A stretch of DNA of 64,000 nt from positions 27,156,001 through 27,220,000 of the forward strand of contig OX597823.1 of NCBI GenBank assembly GCA_951406725.2. The letters run 5' to 3'. The stretch comes from Octopus vulgaris. Taxonomy: Eukaryota. Within the stretch, counting starts at the first letter, position 1. Each line of letters starts with the position of its first letter. The translations under genes were made by a program, and so were the position numbers. Shown here one piece after another: positions 1 to 16,009 of this stretch. The notes under the pieces are model-generated. The model had not been told where the DNA came from. It ran no database searches and saw nothing but the letters and a program-made list of their open reading frames with translations.

Positions 1-544
1 CACCACCATCACCACTAGCAACAATAATTAAGGTGCTGACAATGATGATGATGACAATTGAAATATAAAAATATAAAAATCTCTGACAAAGGATATTTAC
101 AACATTTCTAAAAATAACCCAACAATTGCTGCTTCGGCCAGGGTCAAGATACAGGACTCTTGACCTGTCCAACAAAGCGTGATGCCTAAACCAATCAGCT
201 CAACCAACCAATCAGCTTAAGTAATTGAGTGATACTACACACTGATTGGTCAGAATACAGTTTGCAAAACCTAGCACTCTGGAGCCTACCCAGCTGTATT
301 TATAGCACAGAATCACTCATCTTGCTACAGTCAAAAATTGTGAAGCATGACTGTCAACACTACTACATGAACCCGAAGATTGCAGAATTCAATGCATGAA
401 AGTACTAGTTCAATCAGAATGAATATTTAACATTCTACTATTTCATTTTATTTTATTCAATTATAATATATTATCTTATAATATATCATTATAAGATTGT
501 AAATAAAACGTGAAAATCAGACAAGGTTGGAATTCTTTTTATTA

Positions 545-790
<246 letters not shown>

Positions 791-899
791 CACACACACG
801 CCCATCAAAACACAGATCATAATCTAGTCCAGCCTATGTGCACGCCTCTACCTTCAATCTCCTAATATAATAACGAGACGTAGTGCTTTTATATATTTG

Positions 900-1037
<138 letters not shown>

Positions 1038-1519
1038 GTTATCAAGAGGTGATTAGTTACGTAGTTATGTAAGTACACAAATACGCATGCGCGCACACGC
1101 ACGCACATACACACATACACACACACACATTCACGGATCAATGGATAGTGACATGACGAATTGATAAATCAATGGCTAAATATACCGTAAGTACCTTACA
1201 AACACCCCTATAAAACATTTGTATACATAGCCAAATGTGTGTGAATGTGTGCGTGCGCGCGGGCGTATACTGTAAGAGATACAGTGAGATAGAAAAAAAT
1301 GAAGATTCATTGATCTATTGATTCTTTTATTGGTTGGCCTATTGTCTTTTTACGTAATATATTTCATGGTTTGTAACACTCAAGTAGTATTTGTATTAAC
1401 TTCCTTGTGGGAGTTATGTTCAGCTTGGAGTTAGTATTCGTATAATCTAGTCCAGCCTATGTGCGCCTCTACCTTCAATCTCCTAATATAATAACGAGCG
1501 TAGTGCTTTTATATATTTG

Positions 1520-1662
<143 letters not shown>

Positions 1663-1685
1663 ATATCTATCTATTTGTCTGTCTG

Positions 1686-1756
<71 letters not shown>

Positions 1757-1764
1757 GTCTATCG

Positions 1765-2791
1765 AAGAATGGCGAATGCCACCTCGAGTGTCGCGTTGCT
1801 CTCCAGCAACTCTACCGTCCTGGGTCAACCTTCAGCAACTGCATCACCATGGAAGCATTCTATAGGGGATTAGTGGAGGAGAAGTACGACGACGACCTCG
1901 GGACGAACCTGGGCGTCGACGAGGAATACCTGACCCGTTTGTTCAAGACGACTTTCGGGCCGGGACCTATGGACAACTTCCAGAGATCCTTGGCCTGGCA
2001 ATGCTTCCGAGAAGTGCTACCCGAGAAGTGCTCTACAGACATGGCTCGAGAAACACGGTGCAGACCTGCCCGAGATGCGGTCAGAGCGACGAAACCGTTC
2101 TGCACGCACTCGTGCAGTTTCCAACCATTTCCGACATGTGGGCTTATGTCGTACGACTGCTGTCACGTGAGGGACGAGTCGGTTTATCAGCCGAGTCTAT
2201 CGTCAATATTGTCACGCCTCCTTCCTTCAAACGGGAAGGAAGAGCTATTTTTATCGTACTTGTGGCTATGGCAAAAGAATGTATCAATGGACGCGTCTGA
2301 AAGGATTAGAGACAAATACTTTCCTCTCTGGTGAATCTCTCATCAACTTTTTCAAGTATCACTTGAAAAGGAAGGTGAGAGTAGAGAGGGAATTATTGTA
2401 TAGCGAATGTTTCAGGAAAAGATGGGTAAACGTTGCAAGGCTGGTACGTATGAATGACGAAGTCACCTTTGGCATGATCCTATGAACCGAAAAATTTTCA
2501 AACAGAGAGTTACTTATTTGTAAATAAATATGTTAATATGTGACATTATTGCTCGAGGTTGCTGTGGTCTTTTCGTAGGTTTTTCTTTCCACAGATACAC
2601 CTCCCCATTTCTTGGGAACTTTTTGTACCATTTTGACTTTTTATTTTGCATATATCACCAACGATTTCGATCCCATTTGATCGTTGTTCCTCTTTTTTTA
2701 AAAGTTTGCTTTCGCCCCCCACTCTCGAAAAGAAAAACTCTACATTGTAATTGTCCCCTCTGTGTCTAATCCTGTGTGGCCAATAAAGAAA
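1765..2791 (+). mobile_element. 5'-truncated, frameshifted 3' end of an L1/Tx1-like non-LTR retrotransposon
   Basis: zf-RVT-like [25 protein letters not shown] (2001-2300 ORF), then C-terminal ORF2-like WTRLKGL...FFKYHLKRKVRVER...FRKRW, a pyrimidine-rich 3'UTR and AATAAA at ~2782. Flanked by (TATC)n and (TATG)n. Confidence 0.7.
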
Positions 2792-2849
2792 GTTATGTAT
2801 GTATGTATGTATGTATGTATGTATGTATGTATGTATGTATGTATGTATG

Positions 2850-2886
<37 letters not shown>

Positions 2887-2899
2887 GTCCACCTGTCAT

Positions 2900-2970
<71 letters not shown>

Positions 2971-2982
2971 CTCTCTCTATAT

Positions 2983-3742
<760 letters not shown>

Positions 3743-3883
3743 AGTGTACATTTAAACACAAAAGATGCGACTTTAACAGGCAGCCTTACATGCTAGAAGG
3801 AGCAGTCAAAATTTCCAGAACCACATTTAAGCGCAATTTCGAAGGGAATGAAAAATAAAAACTGTTACCTTGATTTTATTTAC

Positions 3884-3954
3884 AGCCATACCTAAATTTC
3901 TAACTTTCATTAGCAAATAAAATAATTTGGTAGGCCAAGTTCTCATCAGTGGCT
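3884..3954 (-). ncRNA. Degenerate hammerhead motif, relative of 3088-3163
   Basis: Minus strand: AGCCA-CUGAUGA-GAACUU...AAGUUA-GAAA-UUUAGGUA-UGGCU. Confidence 0.6.
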
Positions 3955-4082
3955 AATTTTATATAGAAAATATGTTGTGTATTGACTTTTTATACATGCT
4001 AGGCCACTGCTAGTGAAATTTCTAAAATTTTTGTTATCCTATATTATTTTATGTATGTATCTATTATGTATCTATCTATCTT

Positions 4083-4344
<262 letters not shown>

Positions 4345-5150
4345 CAAGAGTTCACAAAAAAAAACAAAAGACGAAGACAGGTGGTGTACAAAACAGAAAG
4401 ATGTATTAGTATAACGCTCAGGGATTAAAAAAGTATTTTACGTTTCGAGCCTACGCTCTTCTATAGAAAGGGACAGAGAAAAAAAACAAGGATAAAAACA
4501 AGGAGAGAAAAAATGTGTGTAGTGGCTACCGATCTATCATGGCGACTGCCGGACAGAAGGGTCACACAGGAGTGCAAAGACGTAGGGGAGATAACAAAGT
4601 AAAGATGACAAAGGTGCGTGTGTGTATAAGAGAGTATGTATGTGCGTGTGAAAGAGGGCTAGTGGTCTGGATGGGTGCGTATACATATGTGTAGGTGTGA
4701 AAATGTGGGGATGGGAACTGATCAGTGCTGGTGTGTGGGTGGTGTGTTGTGATGTGATGTGTAATGTTGTATGGTGTAGTGTGGTGTGGTGTGATGTTGT
4801 TGGGAAGTGGCGGAGGCGAGAGTATCCAAAATCACATTCAGGAGTAGGATGAAGTAGTAGAAAGAGTAGTATAAACGAAGGGAGAGGAGAAAAATAGTAA
4901 TTCAGTGAAGGAGAAGTAGGGAGAGTAATACTTCTGACTGAGAGGGAGTGAGAGGAAGTAATAGCAATGAGAGAAAGGAAGTGGCAAAGAGCGCGTCGTG
5001 TATCGTCCATTTTTCTCCATCACAACATATGAATGAGAAAAGAAGGGGTGATATATGAATATCGTAGGAAGGGGTGAAAAAATCAGCATGAGTATATGTG
5101 TGTGCGTGTACACGGGAAGTATGTCATTGTTTGTATTTGTGATTATTATG
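4345..5150 (-). mobile_element. Dispersed repeat family with hammerhead-like core (probable PLE pLTR); longest copy
   Basis: Shares ~190 bp (aaagacgaagacaggt...gtttcgagcctacgctctt) with 16850-17032, 50560-50805 and 63538-63705; 4530-4730 also matches 50430-50640. Confidence 0.6.
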
Positions 5151-5283
5151 TACCTTATTTTGTACCTTATTTATATATAAAATACTACAATTAGCCGTCA
5201 TTTTTGACGGCACAGGGTTAGCTAATATATAATAAGTGATATGTAATTATATATGTGTAATTGTGTGTGTATATATATATATC

Positions 5284-5703
<420 letters not shown>

Positions 5704-6029
5704 TAATCAAACACATTTCAGACAGTATTTTTATATGTACATGTGTATTTTTGCGCGTGTGTGTAAGTGTATATGTGTGTGCATCTGTATGCGTGCATGT
5801 ATGTATTTGAAATGCTCTTATCAACACTGATTATACGATTGTAAAGAAAAGAACACATAACACTAAAACTAAAGTTAATATTTATTTATCTGGTGAGTAC
5901 TGCTGTGTAGTTCGATGTCGTGATCGTGTAACCAGAGTATTAAAATATGCCAAAATCTCGATTATATATCGTATGTATTTTTGAGGGAGCGCCAGGAAAA
6001 CAAAGAAGCTTGAACAAACTGATGAAATA

Positions 6030-6247
6030 TTGGTTTCAAATTTTGGCACAAGGCCAGCAGTTTCGAGGGCGGGGGTGAGTCGATTACATTCACCGAAGTG
6101 TTCAACTGGTACTTATTTTATCGATCTCCGAAAGGATGAAATGCGAAGTCATTCTCGGCGGAATTTGAACTCAGAACGTAAAAAGAGACGAAATGCCGCT
6201 TAAGCAGTTTTACCGGAATGGTAACAATCCTGCAAGATCACTGCCTT
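6030..6247 (-). mobile_element. tRNA-derived SINE (family B)
   Basis: B-box gagttcaaattcc, central tttcatcctttcgg..gatcgataaaataagtaccag, tail ttgtgccaaaatttgaaacc. Other copies at 21714, 30287, 40441 and 8070. Confidence 0.8.
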
Positions 6248-7499
6248 CAAAATCTGATGAAATATTAAGAGTTGTTTATCAAGAATGTCCTGATAACTGT
6301 ATGTGAAACACGAAGCATCGATCCCTTGGCAAATAATCTAATCCGTCACTATGGACTGGACGAAGTACGATTATGTAGTTTTTATATTTTTTATATTTTA
6401 TATTTTTATATTCTTATATTTTTATATTTTTTATATAGGTTGTTTTATCACCAGTTGAAAACCTGTTCAGACTTGTCTCTATTTTGTATCAATTCACCGA
6501 AAGTCTCATTTAATTCATTTATATTTAATTTCTACTTAAATCCATTTCTGTGTGTAACCGACACATTACGAATGGAAATATTAAAGATAATTATCATGAT
6601 AATCCAGACACTTTCAAACGAATGTTTTCTAATTCACCCATTATTATGGTTTAATTCTTTTGAATATAGGATCAATAGTTATAATTATAATTTCTTTTCC
6701 TCGAAAGACACAAGCTTTATTCCATATTTATTACGTAAATTAATATGAACAGCACAGATGTTCATAAACTTTGAAATATATGCAGAACGAAAGCTTTTAT
6801 TTGCTTCTTATTCACAGGCAAATTTTAATAGAGAACGATAATAATATATAATTTATTCTTATGTTCTAAATAATTACATGTTTTCAATAATTCATAAATC
6901 GTGTTCTCGCCTACCAAACATTTGTTGTCGTATGTTTTCGCCTATAAATGCTATCTTTTTTTTAATTTCATGCACATACAACAGTATACAATGAGGGTGA
7001 CAGACAAACCTATTACTAATCCAACAATGTTACTACGTAAGGATCATGAGTGTGGCGTTTAAGTAATCACATAAAAGATGCACATGCATATTAGACGCGT
7101 CCACATTTTAGCAGTTCACATTCAGGGAAAACATATTTGTTAGCATTAAAGTTTATAATATACATAACGACGTATTAAGGAACTGGGGTGATTTTGCGAG
7201 GCATTTTTCTTTTAAAAATGCGTCCCATATACCATTATATGCTGTAATTTTTATACAAAAGTGTTTTCTAGAATGCACTATAATTCAGAGAGACAGAGAG
7301 AAAGGAAGATTAATTGAGCTATTGGTTTGCTTATTGGTAGCTCTTTTGTCTTTTTACAAAATATACATCAATGTCTGTAACACTCAAGCAGTGTTTGTAT
7401 TTACTGCCTTGTGGAAGTCGTATTCAGCTTGGAATTAGTATTCGCATAATCTAGTCCACTCTATGTGCGCCTCTATCTTCAATAAATAATAAATGATAT

Positions 7500-7992
<493 letters not shown>

Positions 7993-8649
7993 ATTAAACT
8001 TACTGAGTGCATGGATCATTGCGGATTACTGCCTGTTCGACGCTCTCATTTCAATAAAGGATAGTTTCTGATATGGACACAAGACCAATAATTTTGAGGA
8101 GAGCGTGTTAGTCGTTCCTATTGACCCCTAGTACTCGATCAGATTCCTATTTTAGTGACCCAGAGAAGATGGAATGCAACATCCGTCATCCACTCTTACC
8201 ATTAACTCCATACACCTCCACAGCTATCCAACACCCATCACCCACACTTTTTCAACTTTCACCTCTTATTGATTTCTTTTCTGCATTTCATTCTTTTATT
8301 CAATTTACGTTGAGATGATAAATACATCACAGCGTATTGAGAACTATCTAGCTGAACGTAATACAAGACAACTTCTTGCGTACTGGTACGATGACAGAAT
8401 ACACTCAGAACGCATTGCAAAGTGAATGGCGATGTGCAGAGACAATGTAGGAGAGATAGATTGAGAGAGAGAGAGAGAGAGAGCTGGGAGTGAGAGAAAA
8501 GGTGCGGACTGCTTTATCTGGTTGAGGACAGATTGACCTCAATGTCGCCTGTGTTGGGATAAAATGTACCTAGTACTCTCTGTAATGTGGTTAGTGATAG
8601 GGAGAATACCAACCTGTAGAAACTATGAAAAAAATTAAACATAGGAGTG

Positions 8650-10660
8650 AAAAACCGTCGTCAGGAAGATTGTAATTCCGAATATAAACTAATGACCCGT
8701 CTAATCCGTGCATAGAAAGGAGATGTGTTTACTTTTACATATATATATGCGTTGCAAGGTAGGACCACTCTTCCAAAAAGATGGTTCCCTCACGGTAAAC
8801 CCAATGAGGATAAGTGAAACACTGAATGAACAATTCAAAAGTGTCTTCACTCCATTTTTGCGGCACATGCAATCAGCAAAATCTGTAGAATTCTTTAACA
8901 CTGCTGATATAAAAAGAGAGGCAGTAACAACTGATTACATTAGCATCAGAGAAAAAGATGTAACACTGGCAATACATAAGGTAGACACAAACCCAGCTGC
9001 TGTCCCCAGTAGATCCCCAGCAATCCTTCACAACTCATGCAAACGAGCCCTTGCAAAATTACTGAAGCTTCTTTTCCAGAGCTTCCTTGCAAATGGTAAG
9101 CTCCCGGGAAAACTGAAGGAGGGAATAATATGCCCTGTTCATAAAGGAGGAAGCAGAACGGATTCTAAAAACTATAGGCTGATCTCTCTGACCTCACACA
9201 TCAGCAAGAATCCGAAGGAAACTAATTGCGTTCCTTGAAGAGAATGATTTTCTGATTGATGCTCAAGATACTCTTCGACACAGCTCATTCAGTACTAGGA
9301 CTGGGAGCTAAAGCAGCTGCCCAACGACTCAAATGTGGACGTGATATATCTCGACTTCGCAAAAGCCTTAGATAAAGTCGACCATGGTATAATATGTCAC
9401 AAGCTCTATAATCTCGGCATAGTCAGAAAACGTGGAGAATGGCAATACGACTTTCTAAAAGATAGAAGACAGGTAGCAATGGCCAAGGAAACACAAATAA
9501 TGACTAGATTTCCACAGGACTCTATTTTGGGGCCGCTGCTAGTCATAATGGCTCTCTCAGACATGCCGTCAGCTGCTTAAATAGCCACCCTTGCTAGCTT
9601 TGTAGATGACACAAAAGTCTTTCAGAGGATACAGAACCCTGGAGACGTTGCGCATCATTGACGGGAGGTGGACGCAATATACAGGTAGGCTGAGGTAAAT
9701 AATATGCAATTTAATACTGGACAATTTCCAGCCCTGAGCTAGCAACTGGCCCAGGAAGGATTGCAATCCTTGAGTCAAAATCAGTGCATTGACATGAGCA
9801 ATGATGCATCTTTCCAGGTGCATATTACTAAGCTGGCAATAGAATGCAGACGGTTGGCCGGATGGATCTTTCGAACTATCAGAATGAGAAAACAGGAAAC
9901 CATGACGGTCCTCTGGAGACATTCGTCCTCAGCCTTTGAAATACTGCTCTCAACTGTGGTAACTACAGTGAGTAAAATTAACGACGGCATTCGAGGTGAT
10001 CCAGCCAAATTACACAAAGAAAATCTCCTCAATTTGACATGTCAGCCACTGGGAGAGACTGAAAAAGGTAAGACTCTACTCCCTACAACAAAGGCGAGAA
10101 AGATACGCTATACGTCTGGAAAATCCTAGAAGGACTTGTACCAAAGTTTGGCATTGTAAGTTACACAAACAACAAAGGGTGGGGCGTCACTGCATAGTAC
10201 CAAAAATCCCAGCATTGCCATCTTGATACGAGACCAGGTACTGCAACAGCTTGGGCTCCAAGGGCTCACGCATCTTTAATATCCTCACAAAATCTGAGAT
10301 GAATTATCATGATAATCCAGACACTTTCAAACGACTGTTTTCTAATTCACCCATTATTATGGTTTAATTCTTTTGAATATAGGATCAATAGTTATAATTA
10401 TAATTTCTTTTCCTCTAAAGACACAAGCTACATGGGATGAATGGATGTAGGCATCTTCAAAACAAAACTGCGTTTCCGCTGTCAAGTGTTCCGAATGAAC
10501 CTACCTCGTGGCAAGAAACGCAGAACGTTAATGGCAGCAACGTTAAACTCCCACATTAAACAAATGTCACACATCAAAGGCGGTTTAGTGAACGTGTATC
10601 AAAGCAAATGGTGGTGCCCCAGCATGGCCGCAGCTCTCGAGTTGAAACTAGAACATAAAA
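8650..10660 (+). mobile_element. Decayed CR1-type LINE: RT domain and 3' end
   Basis: LNEQFKSVFT; ICPVHKGGSRTDSKNYRLISLTSHISK; DVIYLDFAKALDKVDHG; FPQDSILGPLL; FVDDTKVF (YADD equivalent, ~9599); GWIFRT. Multiple stops and frameshifts. Confidence 0.9.
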
Positions 10661-10722
10661 TGTATACACACACATACATATATATACATATATATATACA
10701 TACATATATATATATATATACA

Positions 10723-10834
<112 letters not shown>

Positions 10835-11249
10835 TATGTGCGTATTATACAAAAACTCGAAATGTGTCTATTTTCCTGCCATTTGATTAAGATGATAGAG
10901 ATTACAAATAAAATAGTCATTTCCCACCGTTAAGAAAAAAAATCAGATTGAAAATGCTGAGACTTCAAACAGTCGTCGCCCATCCATCCTTTCTCCTTTC
11001 TTCTTTCTCCCTTTAATCATTTATGCAACTTTCGGAGTGCTGTGGACTTGAAAGATAGAAATTTTCCCTATTTTTTATGAGCTATTTTTGAACCACGGAT
11101 ACTTGATTATTTTTTCTTCAATGGAAAAATTGCTATTTTATTTAAAATAAAAAATTAAACTTTATCAGCTTAATCAAAAGGCAGAAAAACAGACAGAGCG
11201 ACTATCTCTTTGTAGACGACAATCAGTTGCACTGAGGGGAACTGAATCT

Positions 11250-11640
11250 CATACGAAAGGAAAAACAAACATCAAATGGGTTGTACCTTGAAATCATTGC
11301 CTCGTTGAGGTCAGTTGAGTACATCGTCAAGTACAGGCTGAAGGAAATGACCAGGCTACTGTTCAAATGAACAATGATAACGAAATTAATCAATATCTAA
11401 TGGGTAGATGCATTGAACCATCCGAAGCAGTTGCATCCATTTCAGGATTTTCAATTCACGAAAGATCACCTGCAATAGTTAGACTACAAGCTCATCTACC
11501 AGATGAACAGAGAATATTGCTAAAAAATAATGAAGATATATATGGCAGTCAGTGAACGTCATATGAGAACATTGACTGAATGATGAGAGATTGATGATTT
11601 TGCAATAAGCACTACTTTATGCTGAAGTACCTATGTATTT
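11250..11640 (+). mobile_element. Helitron Rep/helicase fragment
   Basis: KWVVP, SVEYIVKY, then NEINQYLMGRCIEPSEAVASISGFSIHERSPAIVRLQAHLPDEQ (the DEI..Y..GRY....EA..RI..F.IH...P.V.RL..HL motif) and LLYAEVP. Confidence 0.8.
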
Positions 11641-11838
11641 CATTTGAAATCGTAGTAACAAAGAATGGTAAAGAAGAAAGCGAGGAAAAAATTGAAGGCC
11701 AGGAGAACTGTGTTATTAATGAATTTTATTGCATGAAGTTCGAAGTAGTATTTTTTCCTTTCCTGCTGCGCATCGACATTTTCAATTTGGGATGGTTGAG
11801 ACAAACGGATCAAAGTGAGTACATCTAGTGTATATAGA

Positions 11839-13083
11839 CATAGACATGACAAAAGTAAATAAACACCACATAAAACATTGTTTTGTGTTTATTCTAACTT
11901 GTAAAGGTTTATATTTTTTATTAATTCACATTTTTATTTTCAGTTTCTATATGTGACTGTTTAATCATGCCATGTACAAAAGAAGCCTTGAAACTGTCTG
12001 AATTTCAAAGAGACCGTATTGTGGATCATTCAGAAGGTGGGCATAGTCAGTGTAAAATCACAGAAGACCATGCTCTCCCGCTTTCTACAGTAAATAAAAT
12101 GATTGTGCAATTCACCAGAGGGGGAGGGAAGGAGTTCACATCACCTCACCGGATCAACCATGATCCTCTGACAGGACCTTTCTCTTTGTTAATAGAAGTG
12201 TGGAGGATATTCCTCGTTGCAAGGCTTCTGACATAGCAGAACAAGTTGATGTCAGTTCCAGAACAGGTGTCAAGTATCTCTACAAACTTGGTTCCTGTGG
12301 CAGGGCAGCAAAAAAGAATCCACTTCTTCGACCAGCCAACATCAAGCGGAGAAAAAATTGGGCCAGTGAAATGGTGGAGAGACCACTAGCATTTTGGGAC
12401 ACTGTCATATTCTCCGATGAGTTCAGAGTTGCTGTATTTCCTGAAGTGGTCGAGTGTGGGTCTGGAAACTCTGTGATCAAGAATTTGATGTGAATAGATT
12501 GCAGCCAACAATGAATCACGGCTGCAGTGTGATGGTTTGGGGAGCAATTTGGAGCAATGGTTGATCAGAGTGGAGTGAGATGGAAACGTAAACTCAGATA
12601 GATATGTGTCCATTTTGTAGAAATGACTCCTTCCAATCTTCTCCAGTGGTGAAAGGATTAAAAAAGAATATTTATGGAAGATGGGGCTCCTTGTCACATA
12701 ACTAAAATGACCCAAGATTTGACGGATGGGAATGGCATTAAAAAGCTTCTACGGCCAAGCCAGTCACTAGATATAAATCCCATTGAATACCTCTGGGACA
12801 TAATGGACAGGATACTTCACAAAAAGAACAAGAAGCCATCTTCAAAGCTAGAGCTTTTGAGACTACTGCATGAAACTTGGCAAGAAATTGCACAAGAGAA
12901 TATTCGTCATCTAATCAGTAACATGCCTAATAGGGTCCTTGCATTGAAAAATGCAAAAGTCATGTCTACTAAATATTAAATATTCACTTTATAACAATTA
13001 ATAAATGATTTGAATGTATCATTTCAGATTTAAATAAATTTTAATGAATATAAGCATGTCTATTTACTTTTGTCGTGTCTGTG
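11839..13083 (+). mobile_element. Tc1-family DNA transposon (DD34E), full length but with disrupted transposase
   Basis: TIRs catagacatgacaaaagtaaataaac / gtctatttacttttgtcgtgtctgtg followed by TA. HTH LSEFQRDRIV, VIFSDEFR, and EDGAPCH...DINPIE with 34 residues between D and E. Confidence 0.92.
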
Positions 13084-13109
13084 TATATACCCCTTCTACT
13101 TACATCTTA

Positions 13110-14020
13110 CATCTATCATAGCGTACGATGTGCCTTTTTAAACCAATGTTTTGAAAAGACACGCAAACAAATTGTATATCTACATGGACCGCCAAGAGCT
13201 GCAGTTAAGTTCTGATCTTTGTAGATCTTACAATGTCTTTTGAGGTTTCCGTCAGATTTGTAGACCTTATGGCATACACGACATTGACAGGTAAGCACAA
13301 ATTGATAGCCAGAGTAGTTAGTGGAGGTTCGTTTTTCATGGGTCCACAAATGAGATTTAATCACTGCAAAAGAAAAGCATGGTTTGTCACAAATTGTGCA
13401 CACAAAAGGCTGTTGAGATTCATTTTCTCTTTGATCGTAGCCTTTTTCTTTAAATTTTTTTTTGAGTTTCGCATAGGTGATCCCAGCTCCTCCAAATGCT
13501 TTCACTCCACGCCACACTTTTGCTCACCATTCAACTCGATCCGAAGCAAGGGTTTCTTTGGTTTTAAACCCATTCCAAGTGACTTCATGTTAGTCCTTAT
13601 ACATCCCTTAAACCTCTTTATGGGTTTACACTGATTGCATTTCCCTTCTGCAAGTTCTCCAAAACACAACTGTTTGGGTGTGCGTTTATCCGTCACTTGA
13701 ATAATGTGGCTAGAACATCTCATTTGATTTTTCATGATCATTGATATAAGTGAAGGACATCTGTGTCTAGAGTAAACAAGCCCCATTTAATGTTTAAAAT
13801 GCTGGCAAGACATTGTTGGTGGAATCGTTCTAACAATTTGTGATGTCTTTCGTTACTGGTCCAGGGTTGGTAAAACAAACGATTTGTAAAGAGCCAATTT
13901 TGCATTGTTATTTAAATGTCGTTGCCGCCAAACACTTTTCTCAAAAGCTTGGGGTGCCCCTTGAATTCGCAGATGTATTTCTGTGACTAGATTTCCATCA
14001 TGTTGTACAGTCTACGATGT
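13110..14020 (-). mobile_element. RTE-clade LINE 3' fragment with C-terminal C2H2 zinc fingers
   Basis: QMRCSSHIIQVTDKRTPKQLCFGELAEGKCNQCKPIKRFKGCIR (RTE-type QLRWAGHV.RM...R.PK...YGEL..GKR), then CTICDKPCFSFAVIKSHLWTH and CRVCHKVYKSDGNLKRHCKI. Confidence 0.8.
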
Positions 14021-14204
14021 AGATGAAAGAGTCAACAACCTCAAGTAACTTACCGTTAACGAACATTTTAGGGTGGTTACAAACAGCATGCATGTATGTA
14101 TGTATGTATGTATGTATGTATGTATGTATGTATGTATGTATGTATGTATGTATGTGTGTATGTATGTATGTATGTATGTATGTATGCGTGTGTATATGTA
14201 TATA

Positions 14205-14597
14205 CTCTTTTAGTCTCTTTTACTTGTTTCAGTCATTTTTAACTGCGGCCATGCGGGAGCACCGCCTTTACTCGAGCAAATCGACTCCAGGACTTATTCT
14301 TTGTAAGCCTAGTACTTATTCTAGTGGTCTATTTTGCCGAACCGCTACGTTACGGGGACGTAAATACACCAGCATCGGTTTTCAAGCGATGTTGGGACGA
14401 CAAACTCAGACACACAAACACACACATATATATACATCTACATATATACGACGGGTTTCTTTCAGTTTCTGTCTACCAAATCCACTCACAAGGCTTTGGT
14501 CGGCACGAGGCTATAGTAGAAGACACTTGCCCAAGGTGCCACGCAGTGGGACTGAACCTGGAACCATGTGGTTGGTAAGCAAGCCACATACCACACA
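14205..14597 (-). mobile_element. SINE family A
   Basis: Reverse-complement match to 7500-7992, including internal microsatellite. Confidence 0.88.
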
Positions 14598-14980
14598 CAC
14601 GTAGGAGAAAGACGTTGAGAAAGAGAGAAAGAGAAAGAGGGTGAAAGAGGAAAAAAAGAGACTTGAATGGATTCGTTGTTTTCAATATGATATTTGTGAT
14701 ACTGAAATGTAAGGAAGAATGACGAAGCACTGAAAAACGTTGTTATGAATTAGCGATGAGCTACATGTAAGACACACTTGGCGAGCTAGACATTATTAAT
14801 ACAAGGTTGTCATATGGTCGTATGCATGTATGTCAGTGTGTATGTTTGCATGCATGAATGCATATGTATGTGTATGCATGATATACTTGTTTCGGTGTAT
14901 AAGTATATATATATATACATACACGTAAGTACTTCAGTACGTATATATACATACATATACACACACACACACACAAAAAG

Positions 14981-15016
<36 letters not shown>

Positions 15017-15129
15017 TACATATATATATTTACATAGACATATATGTGCATCTCTTCCTGCCATTCTTTCCTCTCGATATATATATATATATATATATAC
15101 ATACATGCATGCATACATAGACACGCACG

Positions 15130-15207
<78 letters not shown>

Positions 15208-15217
15208 CGCACAGACA

Positions 15218-15290
<73 letters not shown>

Positions 15291-15937
15291 GCATTCACAC
15301 ATTCATCTGATGGTCGCCACCTTCGATTTTGACATATGAGTGCTGGAAGGAGACTTACAAAAAAGTGACACAAAAGAAAAACAACTTTAAAGATGAATGA
15401 AAAACACTGCATCAGTTTGCGATGGATGATTGAACGTAATATGTATACATAAATATATACACACGCACACACACACACACACATACAGTGATCGCCATGA
15501 GCTTTAAGCTTATATAAAATACCATTTTAGGGATATATATATATATATATATATACAAACTTAATTTTATGTAATATAATTTTTAATCTTCGGATTTTTA
15601 AATATGCTAAGCCACTGGTTTAAATTGATTATTATGAATTACTGCCCTCATTATTTAATTATACATATGTATGTATTTAAAATGAGGGTGAGAAATTAGA
15701 TATTAATTTCATTAGCATCGATTTCACACTAGTGGTCTAGTATATAAAAAAAACTGAAGGTTCAGTAAAATTGTATTATATACATATTAGAAGGAAGCCA
15801 CTATGTGGACACCCTTATGCTAGAAATAGATCCTCTATGGTCTTACCACTAAGAAATGTTCTCAAGAAAAATTTACCTAAACAACCAACACGTAATCGAG
15901 CAAGACAAAAGAAAAAGCAATAAAAATATTGAATTAT

Positions 15938-16009
15938 TCGCACACATATTTCACTATTATCGTATTACGTAATTTTACTTACATAAATGTCCGTAGATCA
16001 TCGGTGCGA
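15938..16009 (-). ncRNA. Hammerhead motif, inverted and degenerate copy of 16484-16553
   Basis: Minus strand: UCGCA-CCGAUGA-...-GAAA-UAUGUG-UGCGA. Confidence 0.5.

Noticed and set aside
5194-5221. piggyBac-like terminus (gccgtcatttttgacggcacaggg-ttag)
   Set aside because: No matching opposite end or intact TTAA was found.
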